64,000 nt of DNA from the human T2T-CHM13v2.0 reference genome, Homo sapiens: assembly GCF_009914755.1 (NCBI RefSeq), contig NC_060934.1. One strand, written 5' to 3'. Below the pieces are notes generated by a model. That model worked only from the letters and a program-made list of their open reading frames with translations, was not told where the DNA came from and did not search any database. Shown here piece after piece: positions 13,888-32,045 of the stretch. The stretch's first letter is position 1. Each line of letters starts with the position of its first letter. The position numbers and the translations under genes were made by a program.

Positions 13888-15449
13888 ACAGTACTTATTC
13901 CAGGTAAACTGGACCCTTTGGGTGAAAGAGCATTTTTAGAAATTCCACCTCCATACAAATATTATTGAAGAAACTGGACTGAGAAGAAATATGATGTGTA
14001 TTAGAAAGATAAGCAGGTAATGGGTCTCCAAGTTAAGTCTATTTTTACAAATAGCCTGTACCCAAGGCTCTTTATTTATGATACTGAAAAGCACACTATT
14101 TGGAGAGCTGTAATAACTTTGCAGTGTAAAGGATGGTAATATGTAGCATGATTTGCCTGCCATTACATTATTTGTACTGTATAAATACAAAATTTCAGAA
14201 TCAGATATGTTATGGGGAATCATTACACTTCTGAAAGTGTGACTGACCTTTCCCTAAATATATCAAAAATGGAATCATTTCTGAGTGTGCATAATTGAAA
14301 ACAAAGTTTATGACGCAGTAGATGTCTACAAATATCAACAGAAATTTAAAAGAACTGTGTCAAAATTTGTACTTTGTATATTACGCTCAGAAAAGCAGCT
14401 CTGCTGCATATGTCTGTTGTTCATGTGCTAGATGGTACTGACCCCTTTTGCAGATGGATAAAATTGGTGGACAGGAAGGTCTATAGGGTTTGAGATGGAT
14501 GGGGTCACCATGTACAGCCATGCAGGTTGTGCACTGAACAACTGCAGGAGGCCTCTTTTTCATTGAGAATGATGTGGAAGGCACCTGCTGGAGCTGCATA
14601 GTGAACAACCCACACAACTGTCAGGAGTGAGCCGTCACCTTGAGGGAGAAGTAGAATCTGCCTGTGCACCCCCAAAGAACATAGCCAAGAATGAAAACAA
14701 ATTTCAAATCTTAGAAAGAATTGCCTACCCATCAGAACCACCTTCAGTTCATTCTTTCTTTCTTTCACTTATTTCAAGTTGTGAATTTCCCCCACAGAAC
14801 TTTCACAGGGGCTGCCAGGAGATTCCTGCATCCAATGAGCGAACACGGCTCCTCCGTCTGCTGCCACTCCGGGGTCTGGGATGTTGCCAGGAAGCCAGGA
14901 AGTGTTTCTTGTGCCTCATTGCTCCTGGGCACATCTTCCTTTGACTCTAATGTTTGTGGGTTGGAACACTTGCGCCTCCTGATGAACAATCAGGAGGGTT
15001 ATTTTTCTGGCCAGGTTTGGATTTACATTTGAGAAAAGGCTCCCCCACCGCCTCCCCTGTCATAAGTGATGGCTTCCTAACTCTAACTAACAGAACATTA
15101 AATGGTTTCTTGAGAGTTGCCCCTGCTAATAACCTAGAACAACTCAATGAAATGTGCTCCTGTTTTAGGCCCAGTAAAAACAATTCACTTCCAACAAATG
15201 ATTTAGAACTGACAAAAAAAAATCTTGAAAATAAAACAGAAATGAATAAGCAATGAATTGACACTTTTCGCTTTAAAAAATGTCCAATTGGGTAGGGCTA
15301 GGCTCTGGGGATCCCAACCTTCATAGAACAAAGACTATCTCTTTGGGAGTCCCCCAGTCTGGAGCTGGGTTAATTTAGCATTGGGGATTTCTTTGCTGAT
15401 TCTTTCCTGCCTAACTAGTATTTAATACCATCACATACAGCAAATAATT

Positions 15450-15885
15450 GCAAGAACTTGAGTCTTTTCCAGAGAAAAGAAGCTCAGACAATTTAGACAT
15501 TAGAAAACAAGACCTAAGAGAAAAGTTTGATGGAATTAAGACTATTTCACCCAGAGAAGAAAAAGACTGTGTGATGGTTCACTAATTGTGGCAAGTTTAT
15601 TAGAAGTTATTTTACATAGGATACTGACCATCTGGTCTCCCTTTCCTGAGCACAGAGAGAAAATGATTTTCAATTGCATTGAGAAGGATTTAGATTGGAA
15701 AATAAGGAAGAATTTCCAGATGATTAAGGTTATTAAATGCTGATTGCAGAGACAGGCTATAGATTCACCTTTTTGGAAATAATTCAAGGGACAACGACTC
15801 GTCCATCCAGGCTGTTTTAGGAATAGTCTGAGCAGGAAGTAAGATAAGTGAAATTATCTCTTTGAAGTGCCTTCCAGCTCTATTT
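15450..15885 (+). mobile_element. CR1/L3 LINE 3' fossil
   Basis: Degenerate translation EKSLMELRLFHPEKK resembles CR1 ORF2 EERLKELGLFSLEKR; ggatttagattggaaaataaggaagaattt (RFRLDIRKNF-like); ends tgccttccagctct. Confidence 0.65.
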
Positions 15886-16087
15886 GTTGTGCTAAAAGTG
15901 CCTCTTGCAAGAGTTTACATAATTTCTAGACTTCGAAACATTCTTACTGTCTATCTTCTATGCACGATTCCTAGGGCCAGAAAGGGGGAGATAAAAAGGT
16001 GTAAATTTCCCAAGCAAAGATCTGGTTCTGGCCTTGCCTCTGTTGAAGGTGAATAATGGGGCCTGCAACATGTCATGAGCTGTCTAA

Positions 16088-16474
<387 letters not shown>

Positions 16475-16519
16475 TCCTCTAGCCTTCTTTTCCCTTTTAT
16501 TGGGATATGAAAACTGCTT

Positions 16520-16960
16520 CACTAATTACAGGGAAGGGTGCATGGCTCAGGTTGGACAAGTCATAACACCCTGTTCCTCTGTCTACCATGACTGGTCCAG
16601 AAGGGGGCATGTAATTCAAGGTGCCAAGAAGAGCTCTTTCCCCAGAGTGCTGTACCTGAAAGTGCTCTCTTTCTGGAGGCAGGTTAGCCAGGATGGGAGT
16701 CCATGGCTTCCTGAAGCCACAGCCCCATAATCTGGAGACAGTTGTGAGCCTATGAACCCAAGAACCTGTGATAGGCTGGAAGAATAAATGCACAAAAAGA
16801 ACTCTCAGGCCTTCAAGTCAACCCTCCAGCCAGCCCTCCCTTGCCAACCCTATATATCCTTCAGTTTTATGAGTAGGTAGAATACTGTATTCCTTTTTTT
16901 TTTCCTTAAGCTAATATGAGTTGGTTTCTGTCATTTGCAATCAAAGGTCCTGATTAATAT
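16520..16960 (+). mobile_element. Old MaLR LTR (MLT1J/K/L-like)
   Basis: 3' end cttaagctaatatgagttggtttctgtcatttgcaatcaaaggtcctgattaata. Confidence 0.55.
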
Positions 16961-18685
16961 GGGATAGGAATGAGGTCCCAAGGATGCAGGTGCTAGCAAG
17001 AACAAAGGCACAGGAATACAGAGCTAAGCTGTTCTGCATTAGAAAATGATGGCAATATCTACTTATCCCTCAGAGGAAGAGAAGAGAGAAAGGGGGCAGG
17101 AAAAGGAGGGAGAAGAGGAGCTTGGAAGATGACAGAAGGCAGGGTACTGCCCCTCGTGAACCAGCAGAGGGGCCAAGAGGGCTCTGAAGATCAACAACAC
17201 AGAATATATGATTTTAGAATGCTTGCTGCACACCATGCCTGTGATTATTCCCCATGACCTGTAATCTTGCAGAAAAGCTCTGCTCCATGGAACCAGCTTG
17301 TAATCACGGTAGTTGGAAGGTAGATGATGAATCAAGGAAAAGGGCCCAGGGTCACAGTTGGCCTCTCCACATGGTAGAAATAAGGAACAACGACAAGAGG
17401 CACAGCGTGTAGACCTTTGAGGCAGGACCCACTCCAGGCACTACAGAATTCAAAACCCCTTCCTTTGAGTCCTGCAAATGGCATGGCTTACCTACTCATG
17501 AGGAAGTCAGACTCAAAGGGAGGGGTTTTGATTTCCACAGGGCGTGGAATGGGTATCTGAGTTGCTGTTCGCTAGATGCCACGGGACCTGGAGACCTCAG
17601 AAGACATCTGGATTACAAAGGAATAAGTCTTATGATCAGACGAGACGTCAAAATGTGGACCAGATTACCTCTTCGGGTGTTATTATTGAGTCTACTCTCA
17701 GAAAGTTCTGTGTAGGCAAGTAAACAACATGTTTTCCTTGATGAAATACTGCTGCAGAGTGATCCAGGATCTAGACATGAGGGTCCATTAACAATGGTTA
17801 AGCTAGGCCTTTCCCATTTTGCATGGGGTGTTTTATAAACAGTGAATATGCAACAACAAGGAAAGGCTTTCCCCAAGTCTCTCCGGGAGCTGATCAGGAG
17901 TCAGGGATCGAACAGGGATAGTGAACAGGACAGCGTCAGTAAAGCAGACACAGTAATTGCACTTAAGTTGTGGGATGGAAGGAAGTAGCTTCCAGAATGG
18001 AATTGATCTGGACTAGACTTACCCAGAGCACTGTTTTAAGGCAGAAGCTACCTTTTTAACATGCTAAACTTATTCTGAAACTCCTTTACTGTTACATTTT
18101 AACAAAAAAGATTTAATGCGGGAGAAGCTAAACTTCCATTAAGTCTTCCAAACACTCCCGATTCATATTTACTAATAATTGATGATTTCCAAAAGCTCAT
18201 TTCTGCAATCAAGAACAGGCAGCACAGCAGGCGAGATGCTGTGCACGGAGCAATCTCCGTGAATAATTGCCTGTCTGCACGGCTTCTTAAAGAGAAACAG
18301 CAAGCTTACCAGATGATGCTTGGGCTTGTTGTTTAACCTGAACATAGAAAGCAGAAAACTGGGCTTGAGAAAAATGCTTTTAGACTTTCAAGTTTACATG
18401 AAACTTGGGAGCCTTAACCTCTAGAGAGGGGCTTAAATGGATCAATGGACGCCCTGAAACTTTGCATCAGACGTTTTTGCATGTCTCTTCTGTCTTTTTT
18501 CTAGGAAGAGATGTGTAGGGGGAATATGACCCCCTAAACATTTAAGAACCGCTAAATAAATGTTCTTTCACTAGCACTGTGCGACAGAACTTTCTGGAAT
18601 GATGAAAATACTTTATATCTGCATTGTTTAAAATGGTAGCCATTAGCTAAATGTGGCTATTGAGCTTCTGAAAGTTGAGCTTATT

Positions 18686-19036
<351 letters not shown>

Positions 19037-19298
19037 TCAAATTTTTTATTTTATTCATTTTAATTAATTTGCATTTTAAAAGTCAAAACTATAAGGATAA
19101 AGAGTAGATGAGTGGTTGCCAGGGGTTGGGAGTTGGAAGAAGGCTGACTACAAAGAAATGAGAGGATATTTTTGTGAGATGGAACTTTTCTGCATCTCCA
19201 ATATAGTGCTGGGTACTTGACTTCATGCATGTGGCAAAGTCAATGGAAATGTACACCAAGAAGAGTGAATATTCTAATCTGCAAATTGAAAATCAAAA

Positions 19299-19421
19299 AT
19301 TTTTTTTCAGACAGGGTCTCACTATGCTGGCCAGCCTGTCTTGAATTTCTGGACTCAAGTAATCCTCCCACCTCAGCCTCCCAAGTAGCTAGGATTACAG
19401 GCATGTGTCACCACACCTGGC
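19299..19421 (-). mobile_element. FLAM-type Alu monomer
   Basis: Single monomer on the minus strand. Confidence 0.75.
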
Positions 19422-19938
19422 TGAAAGCTAAATTTTAAAAGATTTAGTTGGCTACATGTGGTTAGTGGCTTCTGTATTGGATGTGCAGCTCAAGACCATC
19501 ACTTTAAAAAACTTACATATATATGTACCAGCAGCCATTTAGCTGGACTTTCCTATCAGATTCATTAGCTTACAAACTGTTCCCCAAACCATCACCTTAA
19601 TCAAAGGTGTTCCTAACTCACTAATAAGTGCAACACACTAAGTGCAGGATGTTGACTCTCTGCCCATTCCCTGCATCCCTACTAAGCGCAGCGCTCCTTG
19701 GTTACTGTGAAGTCAGGCACAGCAATCTCATGAGAAGCCTAATGCCAGCATCCCAAGTTCCAAATTCCAATCTTGGGACCAAGCCGCTGCCTTCACACTG
19801 TCCAGAGACTCCTCCAGGCAGTGGGACAGGCAAGGTGACCTGAGTGTGCATGAAGGGTCCCTACTCAGAAGCAATCCTGAGCTCATAGGCTCATGTTAAC
19901 CCTTTCAAACACAAGTCCACGCCTTTTCCTTATGACCC

Positions 19939-20947
19939 TTTATTAGTTTCCTAGGGCTTCCCTGACAAAGTGCTAAAAACTGGATAGCTTCAAACAACAA
20001 AAAATTGATTCTCTCATGGTTCTGGAGGCCAGAAGTCTGAAAGCAAGAGGCCAGCAGGTTGGTTCCTTCTTGGGGACTCAGAGGGAGAATCTATTCTATA
20101 CCGTCCTTCTAGCTTCTGGTGGTTGCTGGCAGTCCTTGGCATTCCTTGGCTTGTGGCTGCATCCCTTCTACTCTGCCTTTGCCTTCACGTGGCCTTCTCC
20201 TCTCTGTGTCTCTCTGAGTCTCTGTCTCCAAGTTTCCTTCTTCTTTTTAGGACACCAGTCATTGGGTCATTGGGTTAGGGCAGGGGTCCCCAACCCCCGG
20301 GCCATGGATCGGTCCATGGCCTGCTAGAAACCGGGCCCTGCAGCAGGAAGTGAGTGGCAGGCAAGAAAGCAAAGCTTCATCTGTATTTACAGCTGCTCTC
20401 TATCACTCGAATTACCGCCTGAGCTCCACCTTCTGTTACATCAGCAGCAGGAATGGATTCTCACAGGTGCGCAAACCTTATTGTGAACTGCACATGCCAG
20501 GGATCTAGGCTGCCAGCTCCTTGTGAGGATCTAATGCCTGATGACCTGTCACTGCCTCCCATCACCCCCAGATGGGGCCATCTAGTTGCAGGAAAACAAG
20601 CTCAGGGCTCCCACTGATTCTACGTTATGATGAGTTGTTTAATTATTTCATTATATATTACAATGTAATAATAATAGAAATAAAGTGCATAATAAATGCA
20701 ATGTGCTTGAATCATCCCCAAACCATCCCCCAACCCCATTCCATGGAAAAATTATCTTCCAAGAAACTGGTCCCTGGTGCCAAAAAGTTGGAGACCACTG
20801 AGTTAGGTAGGGCCCATCCTAACACAGTATGACCTCATCTTAATGACATCTGCAAAGGCCCTGTTTCTAAAACAAGGTCATATCAATGGGTCATATTGAT
20901 GGGTACTTGAACATATCTTTTTGGGGGCCGCAATTCAATCCACAAGA
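19939..20947 (-). mobile_element. MLT1C-like LTR interrupted by MER1A
   Basis: tattagtttcctagggc...gttctggaggccagaagtctgaa...caattcaatccaca. Confidence 0.8.
20281..20800 (+). mobile_element. MER1A hAT-Charlie element
   Basis: Terminal inverted repeats caggggtccccaacc / gttggagaccactg, ~520 bp; degenerate 8-bp TSD ggttaggg / agttaggt. Confidence 0.9.
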
Positions 20948-21048
20948 GACTCCAATCATCATTGGGGCAGAATCCTTTCCCCTACAGTGGAGCAAACAAG
21001 ACCAGGTGTGGCTTCATCTCTGACCATCTTTAATTTCATTTGTGTATG

Positions 21049-21054
21049 TATGTG

Positions 21055-21089
<35 letters not shown>
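21049..21089. repeat. (TG)n microsatellite
   Basis: Directly visible TG run. Confidence 0.95.
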
Positions 21090-21093
<4 letters not shown>

Positions 21094-21965
21094 CTTTGCA
21101 GCATTTTTACCAGTGTGAGTGTCCTGTTCATGGCAACAGCAGTGGGATGTGGCCAGTGTTCACCTGAGCCCTTAACATTAAGGAGGGACGGGGTGTGGTG
21201 TCCCTCATGTCTGTGGCCCTCGAGTTTGTTGGCAGAACACTGGGCACATTGAAACATGTGACACGATGGAGGAAGAGAAACTGGATTTGATTCTTATTAC
21301 AGGTTACGTTAAAGGAGGAACTTAGGTTTTTAAGTCTTAATTTCCTCATTAGTCACGTGTAAATGTCATGCCTCCTTCACAGGGTTGTTTTGCTCATTAA
21401 ATAATCTACATATGGAGCACTGAGTAGCTAATTGATCAATGTTACTTTCCAAATACATTCTTTTCTGACTATTTTCGTTTTTCCACACACATAGAAGCCT
21501 TATAATATAAAAAGAATTTCTATTTAATATAAAAATGCAGACAAGTAAGAAGAGTAAATTAAAGTATCTGTAATTTCCTCACCCAAAGATAATTATTATT
21601 TAAATGTGGGCATGTTTCCTTAGTCTTTTTAAATGCATATATTTACACACACTATTTCTGCAAAATTGGTTTCATTCTGTACATATTTGTTTTGTAGCCA
21701 CGTTCCCTTAACAAGATCATACATTTTCATATTTAATTAAATGGTCTTCTAAAGCATGGTTTATATTGGCTGCGGGGTAATTAATCATGGATAGAACATA
21801 ATTTCTTCAATGACAACCCTCTTGTCTGCCGTTTTGCCTGTTCCCAATTTTTCACGATTTTAAACAATATGGTGAGACACATTCTCACAGATACAACTTT
21901 GGGGATCTCCCTGATTATTCCTTTTGGAAAAGTTACAGGAAGTAGAATTACTTAACTCCATTTTT

Positions 21966-22279
21966 GGTTTTTTATGTTTGTTTGTTTGTTTGTTTGAGAC
22001 AGAGTCTCGCTCTGTCGCCCAGGCTGGAGTACAGTGGCACAATCTTGGCTCACTGCAACCTCCACCTCCTGGGTTCAAGCGGTTCTCATGCCTCAGCCTT
22101 CCCCGAACATCTGGGCTTACAGACACCTGCCACCACACCCAGCTAATTTTTGTATTTTTAGTAGAGATGGGGTTTCACCATGTTGGCCAGGCTGGTCTCA
22201 AACTCCTGACCTCGGGTGATATGCCTGCCTCAGTCTCCCAAAGTGCTGGGATTACAGGCATAAGCCGCCACGCCTGGCC
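21966..22279 (-). mobile_element. AluS SINE
   Basis: Dimeric Alu; TSD ttaactcca(t/c)tttt. Confidence 0.93.
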
Positions 22280-22289
22280 TTAACTCCAC

Positions 22290-23990
22290 TTTTGAACTGA
22301 GCCTTTTATAACTTGGCCTTCTCTCCTTCCCTCTTCCTCTTCATCTCCACTAATAACCTTCCCCATTTATTTCACGGAGGGCACCAAAGCAGTCAGAAGG
22401 GGACTTCCTTATCACCTTTGACCAATTAACCCCACAACCTACCTTCCTCTGGACCCAAACATTGTTCGGCCTACCCCCTTGTGCCAGGGCAACCCCTCCA
22501 CCTGGGTCCCAAGTCCCCACCTCTCTTGCCTACTCCAGGAGGCAGCTCCTCCAATTCTCCCCTTTCTCTCCTGCATCTTCAGTGTTTTTCTCTCTGCTAG
22601 ATCTAGATGGTCCCCCGCACCACACAAACATGCCGATTTATCTCCCAGATTCCTTCCCTAGTGCTGCCACAGCAAATCGCCACACACCTAGTCACTTCAA
22701 ACAGCATAAACAACATTCATTACCTTACAGTTCCGGAGGTCAGAGGTCCAAAATGGGTTTTACTGGGGTAAAATCAAGGCAGGGGCAGGGCTGCACACCT
22801 CCTGGAGGCTCCAGGAAGAAGCTGTCTTCCAGTTGCTTGCACCTCCGCAGGCTGCCCACATTGCCATCACCTCTACATAGCCCCTGGTTCGTGGCCACAT
22901 CTCAAAGCCAACAGTGGATCACCTTCTAGTCTCTCTCCAACTCTGACTTTCCTGCCTTTCTTGTAAAGGTTCTTGTAATTACCTTGGGCTCACCTGGATA
23001 ATCCAGGAAACATCCCCATCACAAGATCCTGAACTTCATCCCATGTGCAATGACCCTTTTTGCCATGTAAGCTAACAGACCGGCCCTGGGGATTTGGATG
23101 TGAACATTTTTGGGGGGCCATTATCCTGCCGATCAATCCCGCTTCTTTTCTCTCTGTGCCCTCTCTGGTGGTGGACTTTTATCCCACCAGAGTCCTGCAC
23201 TTTCTGAGGTCACCAGTGATCTCCATGGTGCCACACTCAACAGGCAAATCTTGGAACGGCTGTGACCCAACATCTGCTACACTGGATCAGCTGGTCACTG
23301 TCTTCTTCATGAAACTCTTTAGCATTGGGGATGCCAGAATTCCCTGGTTTCCCCTTTACTCACTTGCTGCTCCTTCTCAGTCTCTCTTACTCAACCCTCC
23401 CCTTCCTCTTGACCATTAAACAAATACCCCAGGACATACTTCTTCATCTGCGTGTCTCCCTGGATGACCTCATCTGGTTCTAAGACATCATATATTTACT
23501 GAGCACACCCAACTCCATATTTCCAGTTTCAACCTCTCCTCTGGGCTTCCAGACTCATTGGCACAAGTGCCCCTTTGACATCTTCCTTTGGATTCTACTA
23601 GTCCTCTCTGATTTGAGATATCCAATACTGAACCCAAGGTTTCTCTACCTCCACCTGCTCAGCATGCTATTCACACCTCAGTAAAGGGCGCAGCACACCC
23701 AGATGCTCAGGCAAAAAGCATGAATTCATCTTGACTCTGCTCTTTCTCTCTAAACTAAGCTGTATTAGCAAGTCCTGAAATTGCATCCCTACACTGACCT
23801 CTTCCACTTTGCGGTTCTCCTCCCACTGTCCCCTTTTTCCTGGGCTACTGCAGGTACCTCCAGTTTACCTGGATTACTGGTCTCCCTGCTTCAGTCCTGC
23901 TTCACAGTCTGTTTTCCATGCAGAAGCCAGAATAATCTTTAACTTTTAAAATCAGATCATGTCATTTCTGTGCTCAAAACCCTGCAACAG
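22290..23990 (+). mobile_element. Fragmented L2 LINE containing an MLT1 LTR (~22650-23126, minus)
   Basis: Pyrimidine-rich L2 motifs (aaatcagatcatgtcatttctgtgctcaaaaccctgca); MLT1 motif cttacagttccggaggtcagaggtccaaaatggg. Confidence 0.65.
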
Positions 23991-24329
23991 GAGCATGTGC
24001 AAGATAGGGACAGTGGCTCATGGATTTCAGGCAGGGATTAAAGGACTTTCTGGATGAACAATGAATGCATAGAAGATTCAGTGCAGTGTTAGTTCTGGGG
24101 GGGCACTGGAAGTGTTGCAGGAAGTAAGCTGGAAACTAGATGATGCCAGTCTGAGACTAAAATAAAGACTTAGGAGAATCCCAGAAATGGGGCCAGACAG
24201 TGACTCAGAGCCTTGGCCGGGCATTAGAAACAGCCCAAGATGGTTTTGACAGTACTGAAGGCCTGGGACCGCCCCAGATTCTTTAAGTCAGAATCTATCT
24301 CTGGGTATCAGTACATTTTGAATCTCTCA

Positions 24330-24500
24330 AAGCTAAGCATGATGGTGCACACCTGTAGTCCCAGCTACTCACGAGGCTGAGGCAGGAGGATCACTTGAGC
24401 CCCACAGTTCAAGGCTGCTATGTGCTATGACCATGCCTGTGAATAGCCACTGCACTCCAGCATGGACCACACAGTGAGACCCTGTCTCAAAAAACAAAAC
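24330..24500 (+). mobile_element. FAM (fossil Alu monomer)
   Basis: Retains the 7SL-derived segment gcctgtgaatagccactgcactccagc. Confidence 0.8.
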
Positions 24501-25067
24501 TAAAATCAACTCTTCACATGATTCTATAATGAAAACTGAGAATATGGGAGGATGTGGATGGGGTGAGTAGCAGGAAAAGATGGAGATGACTGGACATGAA
24601 AAGATGAAGCAGCTGAGAGGCCTTAGTGTCAGAAGTCATTTATGTGGACACTGAGGTCTTCATGATGCTGCAGGGCACAGAAATCCAGTTCTAATTACAG
24701 ACTCCTTCTTGAACTGATCTCCTAGGCATTTTGTAGAGATAAGGTGGGCAGGTTGTGGTGATAGCTGGGAGTGTCGTCTTACCAGGGGCACATGGTCCTC
24801 CTAGGGTCTCCCTCAAATTCTTCCGTGGGCAGTGCGCAGCGCAGCAGTGGGGTGACCTAAATTGGATCACTCTGAGCTCTGGAGCCTTTTTTATGTCTGT
24901 GTTAGACAGAATAATGTCCCCTCTCCACCCAATGATGTCCACATCTAAATCCCACATACGGTGAATATATTATGTGGCAAGGGGGAATTGAAGTTGTAAA
25001 TTACATGATGGTTGCTCAGATAGTTTGGATGTGTGTCCCTTGCAAATTGCGTTAAAATGTGATCCCC

Positions 25068-27715
<2,648 letters not shown>

Positions 27716-28176
27716 AAAATGTGATCCCCATATGTTGAAGATGGGCGTAGTGGAAGGTGTTTGGGTCATGGGGACAGATCCCTCATGAATGGCTTGGTGC
27801 TATCCTTGCAGTAATGAGTGAGTTCTTGCTCTATTAGTTCACACAAGAGCTGGTTGTTTAAAAGAGCATCATGGCACCCCTCCCTCCCACTCTTGCTCCT
27901 TTCCTCAGCATGTGACACGCCTGCTCCTTCACCTTCCACCATGACTGGAAGCTTCCTGAGGCCCTCATCAGAAGCAGATGCAAGCACCATGCTTCTTGTA
28001 CAGGCTACAGAACTGTGAGCCAGATAAACCTCTTTTCTTTATAAATGGCCCAGCCTCAGGTATGTATTTATAGCAAAACAAAATGGACTAATACAGTTGC
28101 TAATCAGCTGACTTAAAAAATAGGGAGATTATCCTGAATTCCTGAATTCTCTAGGGGGGACCAAGGTAATCACAAA

Positions 28177-28926
<750 letters not shown>

Positions 28927-29340
28927 GGGTCCCTATGTGTGGAAGAGGGAGGCAGAAGAGTCACGGGCAGAATGATGTGGTGTGACAAAGACCCCGCTGA
29001 GTGCTGCCAGCTTTGGAAATGGAGGGAGGGCCCAAGAGTCAAGAAATGCAAGGAGCGTCTAGAAACAGAAAACCGGAAAAGGGAAGAAGGCAGATTCTCT
29101 CTGGAACTTACGGAAGATTTGCAATCTTGCCAACACCTTGATTTTGGCCTACTGAGACACATTTTGGACTTTGTCTTACAAAACTGTCAGATGATACATT
29201 TGTGTTGTTTAAGCCACTAATTGTGTAGTAGTTTGTAATAACAGTAGTGGAAAACTAACTCAATATCAAAAAGAAAATTTACCTTATTCTATCAATTTTT
29301 GGTTTAACTTGGCTATTTTTTAATATACAATTTTTTTTAG

Positions 29341-29717
<377 letters not shown>

Positions 29718-31255
29718 TGATTTCAGTTTTTACATTTAATTTTATAATTCAGTAGCCCTTAACATTCCCTTCTTGTTGCAGATACTTTGGGAATCTGATG
29801 AAAACCACAGATGCCCCACCTATAGAACACAGATACATACATGTATAATCTGTCCACTAATATTTGTGGGTGGAGCAGGATGTTAAATCGTAAGCAGATC
29901 TCAATCAGAGTGCGGAGAAATGTTCTATCTGGGTGAGAAGAGGCGATTTCAATCAGCTGGTGTGGGGGTGGGACATCTGACAGGAACATTGAAGGATGGA
30001 AGAACTCTGGTGGCCACAGGTGGGAAGGAGCTCCCCAAGAAGAGAAAGGGATGAGCCAAGGCAGGAAGGGTATGTACGTTCCACCTGCCGTGACTGGGCC
30101 AGGGTACCTGAAGGCAGGCTGCAGAGGTAAAGGGTGTCTCGTGCACCTGTTTCTGATCTGACCTTGGTCCAGCCCAACACCTGGATGACCAAGAAGACCT
30201 TATTCTGCAAAAAAAGTCAAGAGAGATGCTAGGCCCTGAGGAAGATCAGGAACTTTGGAGGAAAGAGCTCAGGAAGAGAAGCACTGAGTGTTGATATTGG
30301 AGAGGTGGAGAAAATGATCTGATATGATGAAATGCTAAAGGAACAGTAACACCTTGCCCAGAATGCTTTCTTTCATAAGTTCCATTTGGATACATACAGT
30401 GACCTGCAGGGAAAAAAATGGGAAGGCATTTTTTCTAACAAGGCTTTTTTACAGATAATGATTCAGACAAAGGCACAGAGAGAAGTTAAGCAATTTGTTT
30501 AAGGCCGGCGATTTGTAGAATTATATTCCCACAGAGTAAAGGGGGAGAATAGCAGCATATCTATGACCAGCATTGATAGAATTTATAAGTGCATGGACTT
30601 TTGGGAAGCTTTAAGCATTCTTAAAAGTGATTCATATCGTTCGCATGACAAATAAAAACACTGAGATTCAGGAGGGGTAAGTAACTCATCTAAGACCACA
30701 AAGCTATTAGAACCAGACTCAGTCCCAATTCTCAGGAATTCTTGGCATTGCAAAGGGCATGTTACCCTAAGCAGTTTTGGCAAAGTTTGCCAATGACATA
30801 GTAGAATTTGGCGCTGAATCCTGCTTTGGGTTCAGAGCAGCTTTATAAGAGCCCAACAGATACTATGCTTGACTGGGTCCCTCTGACTGGTGAGCAAACC
30901 ATTTCCTTTTGTATACTCTATTGAGATCAGGAAAATTTTAATGTGGTCCACTCCTGGGAAATAAGGCATCTAATTACCACCTTCACATAATGACATCTTG
31001 TGGCTTGGGGCCCTCTCTATGGCACACAGGCCTGTTGTGGTCCCAGCTTAATCTGTGGTCCAGCCTCATCTCCCTTCACTCTGAACCACGCACCTGAGCC
31101 CCAGCGACATAGAATCCCATGCCATGCCCACGCCCACCAAGTCGGGATGACCCAGGGCCTTTGCGCGTGCTGTGTGTGTTCCCTGGTCCCTGCTTTCCCC
31201 TGCCCTGCCAGCGAAATCCTACCTCTTCAAGACTCATCATTTAAAAACCCATCTT

Positions 31256-31706
31256 CCACACCCATGTTCATAGCAGCATATTTATAAGAGGTGGAAACAA
31301 CTCAAGTGTCCATCAACTGATAAATGAGTATGTACGATGTGGTCTATCCATGCGACGGAATATTATTCAGCTGTAGAATAATAGAAAGGATGGAAATGCT
31401 GAGGGTTGCTACAACACAGGTGAACCCTGAAGACACGATGCTAAGTGAAATAAGCCAGTCCCAACAGGACAAACCCTGTGTGAGTCCACTGACAGGAAAT
31501 CCCTAGAGGAGTCAAATTCATAAAGGCAGAATGCAGAATGATGGCTGCCAGGGGCTGGGGGGAGGGAGAATGTGGTTTAGCGGGTATAGAATTGCAGTTT
31601 TGCAAGATGAAAAAGTTCTGGAGATGTGAATATACTTAATGGTACTGGAATGTGCACTTAAAATGGTATATTTTGTTATGTGTATTTTATCACCACTTTT
31701 TAAAAA
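31256..31706 (+). mobile_element. L1MB-type 3' end (L1MB3-like)
   Basis: cccatgttcatagcagcat...atgctaagtgaaataagccagtc...gttttgcaagatgaaaaagttctggagat. Confidence 0.85.
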
Positions 31707-31729
31707 CTATTGTTAAAAACCCTATCCTT

Positions 31730-32045
<316 letters not shown>

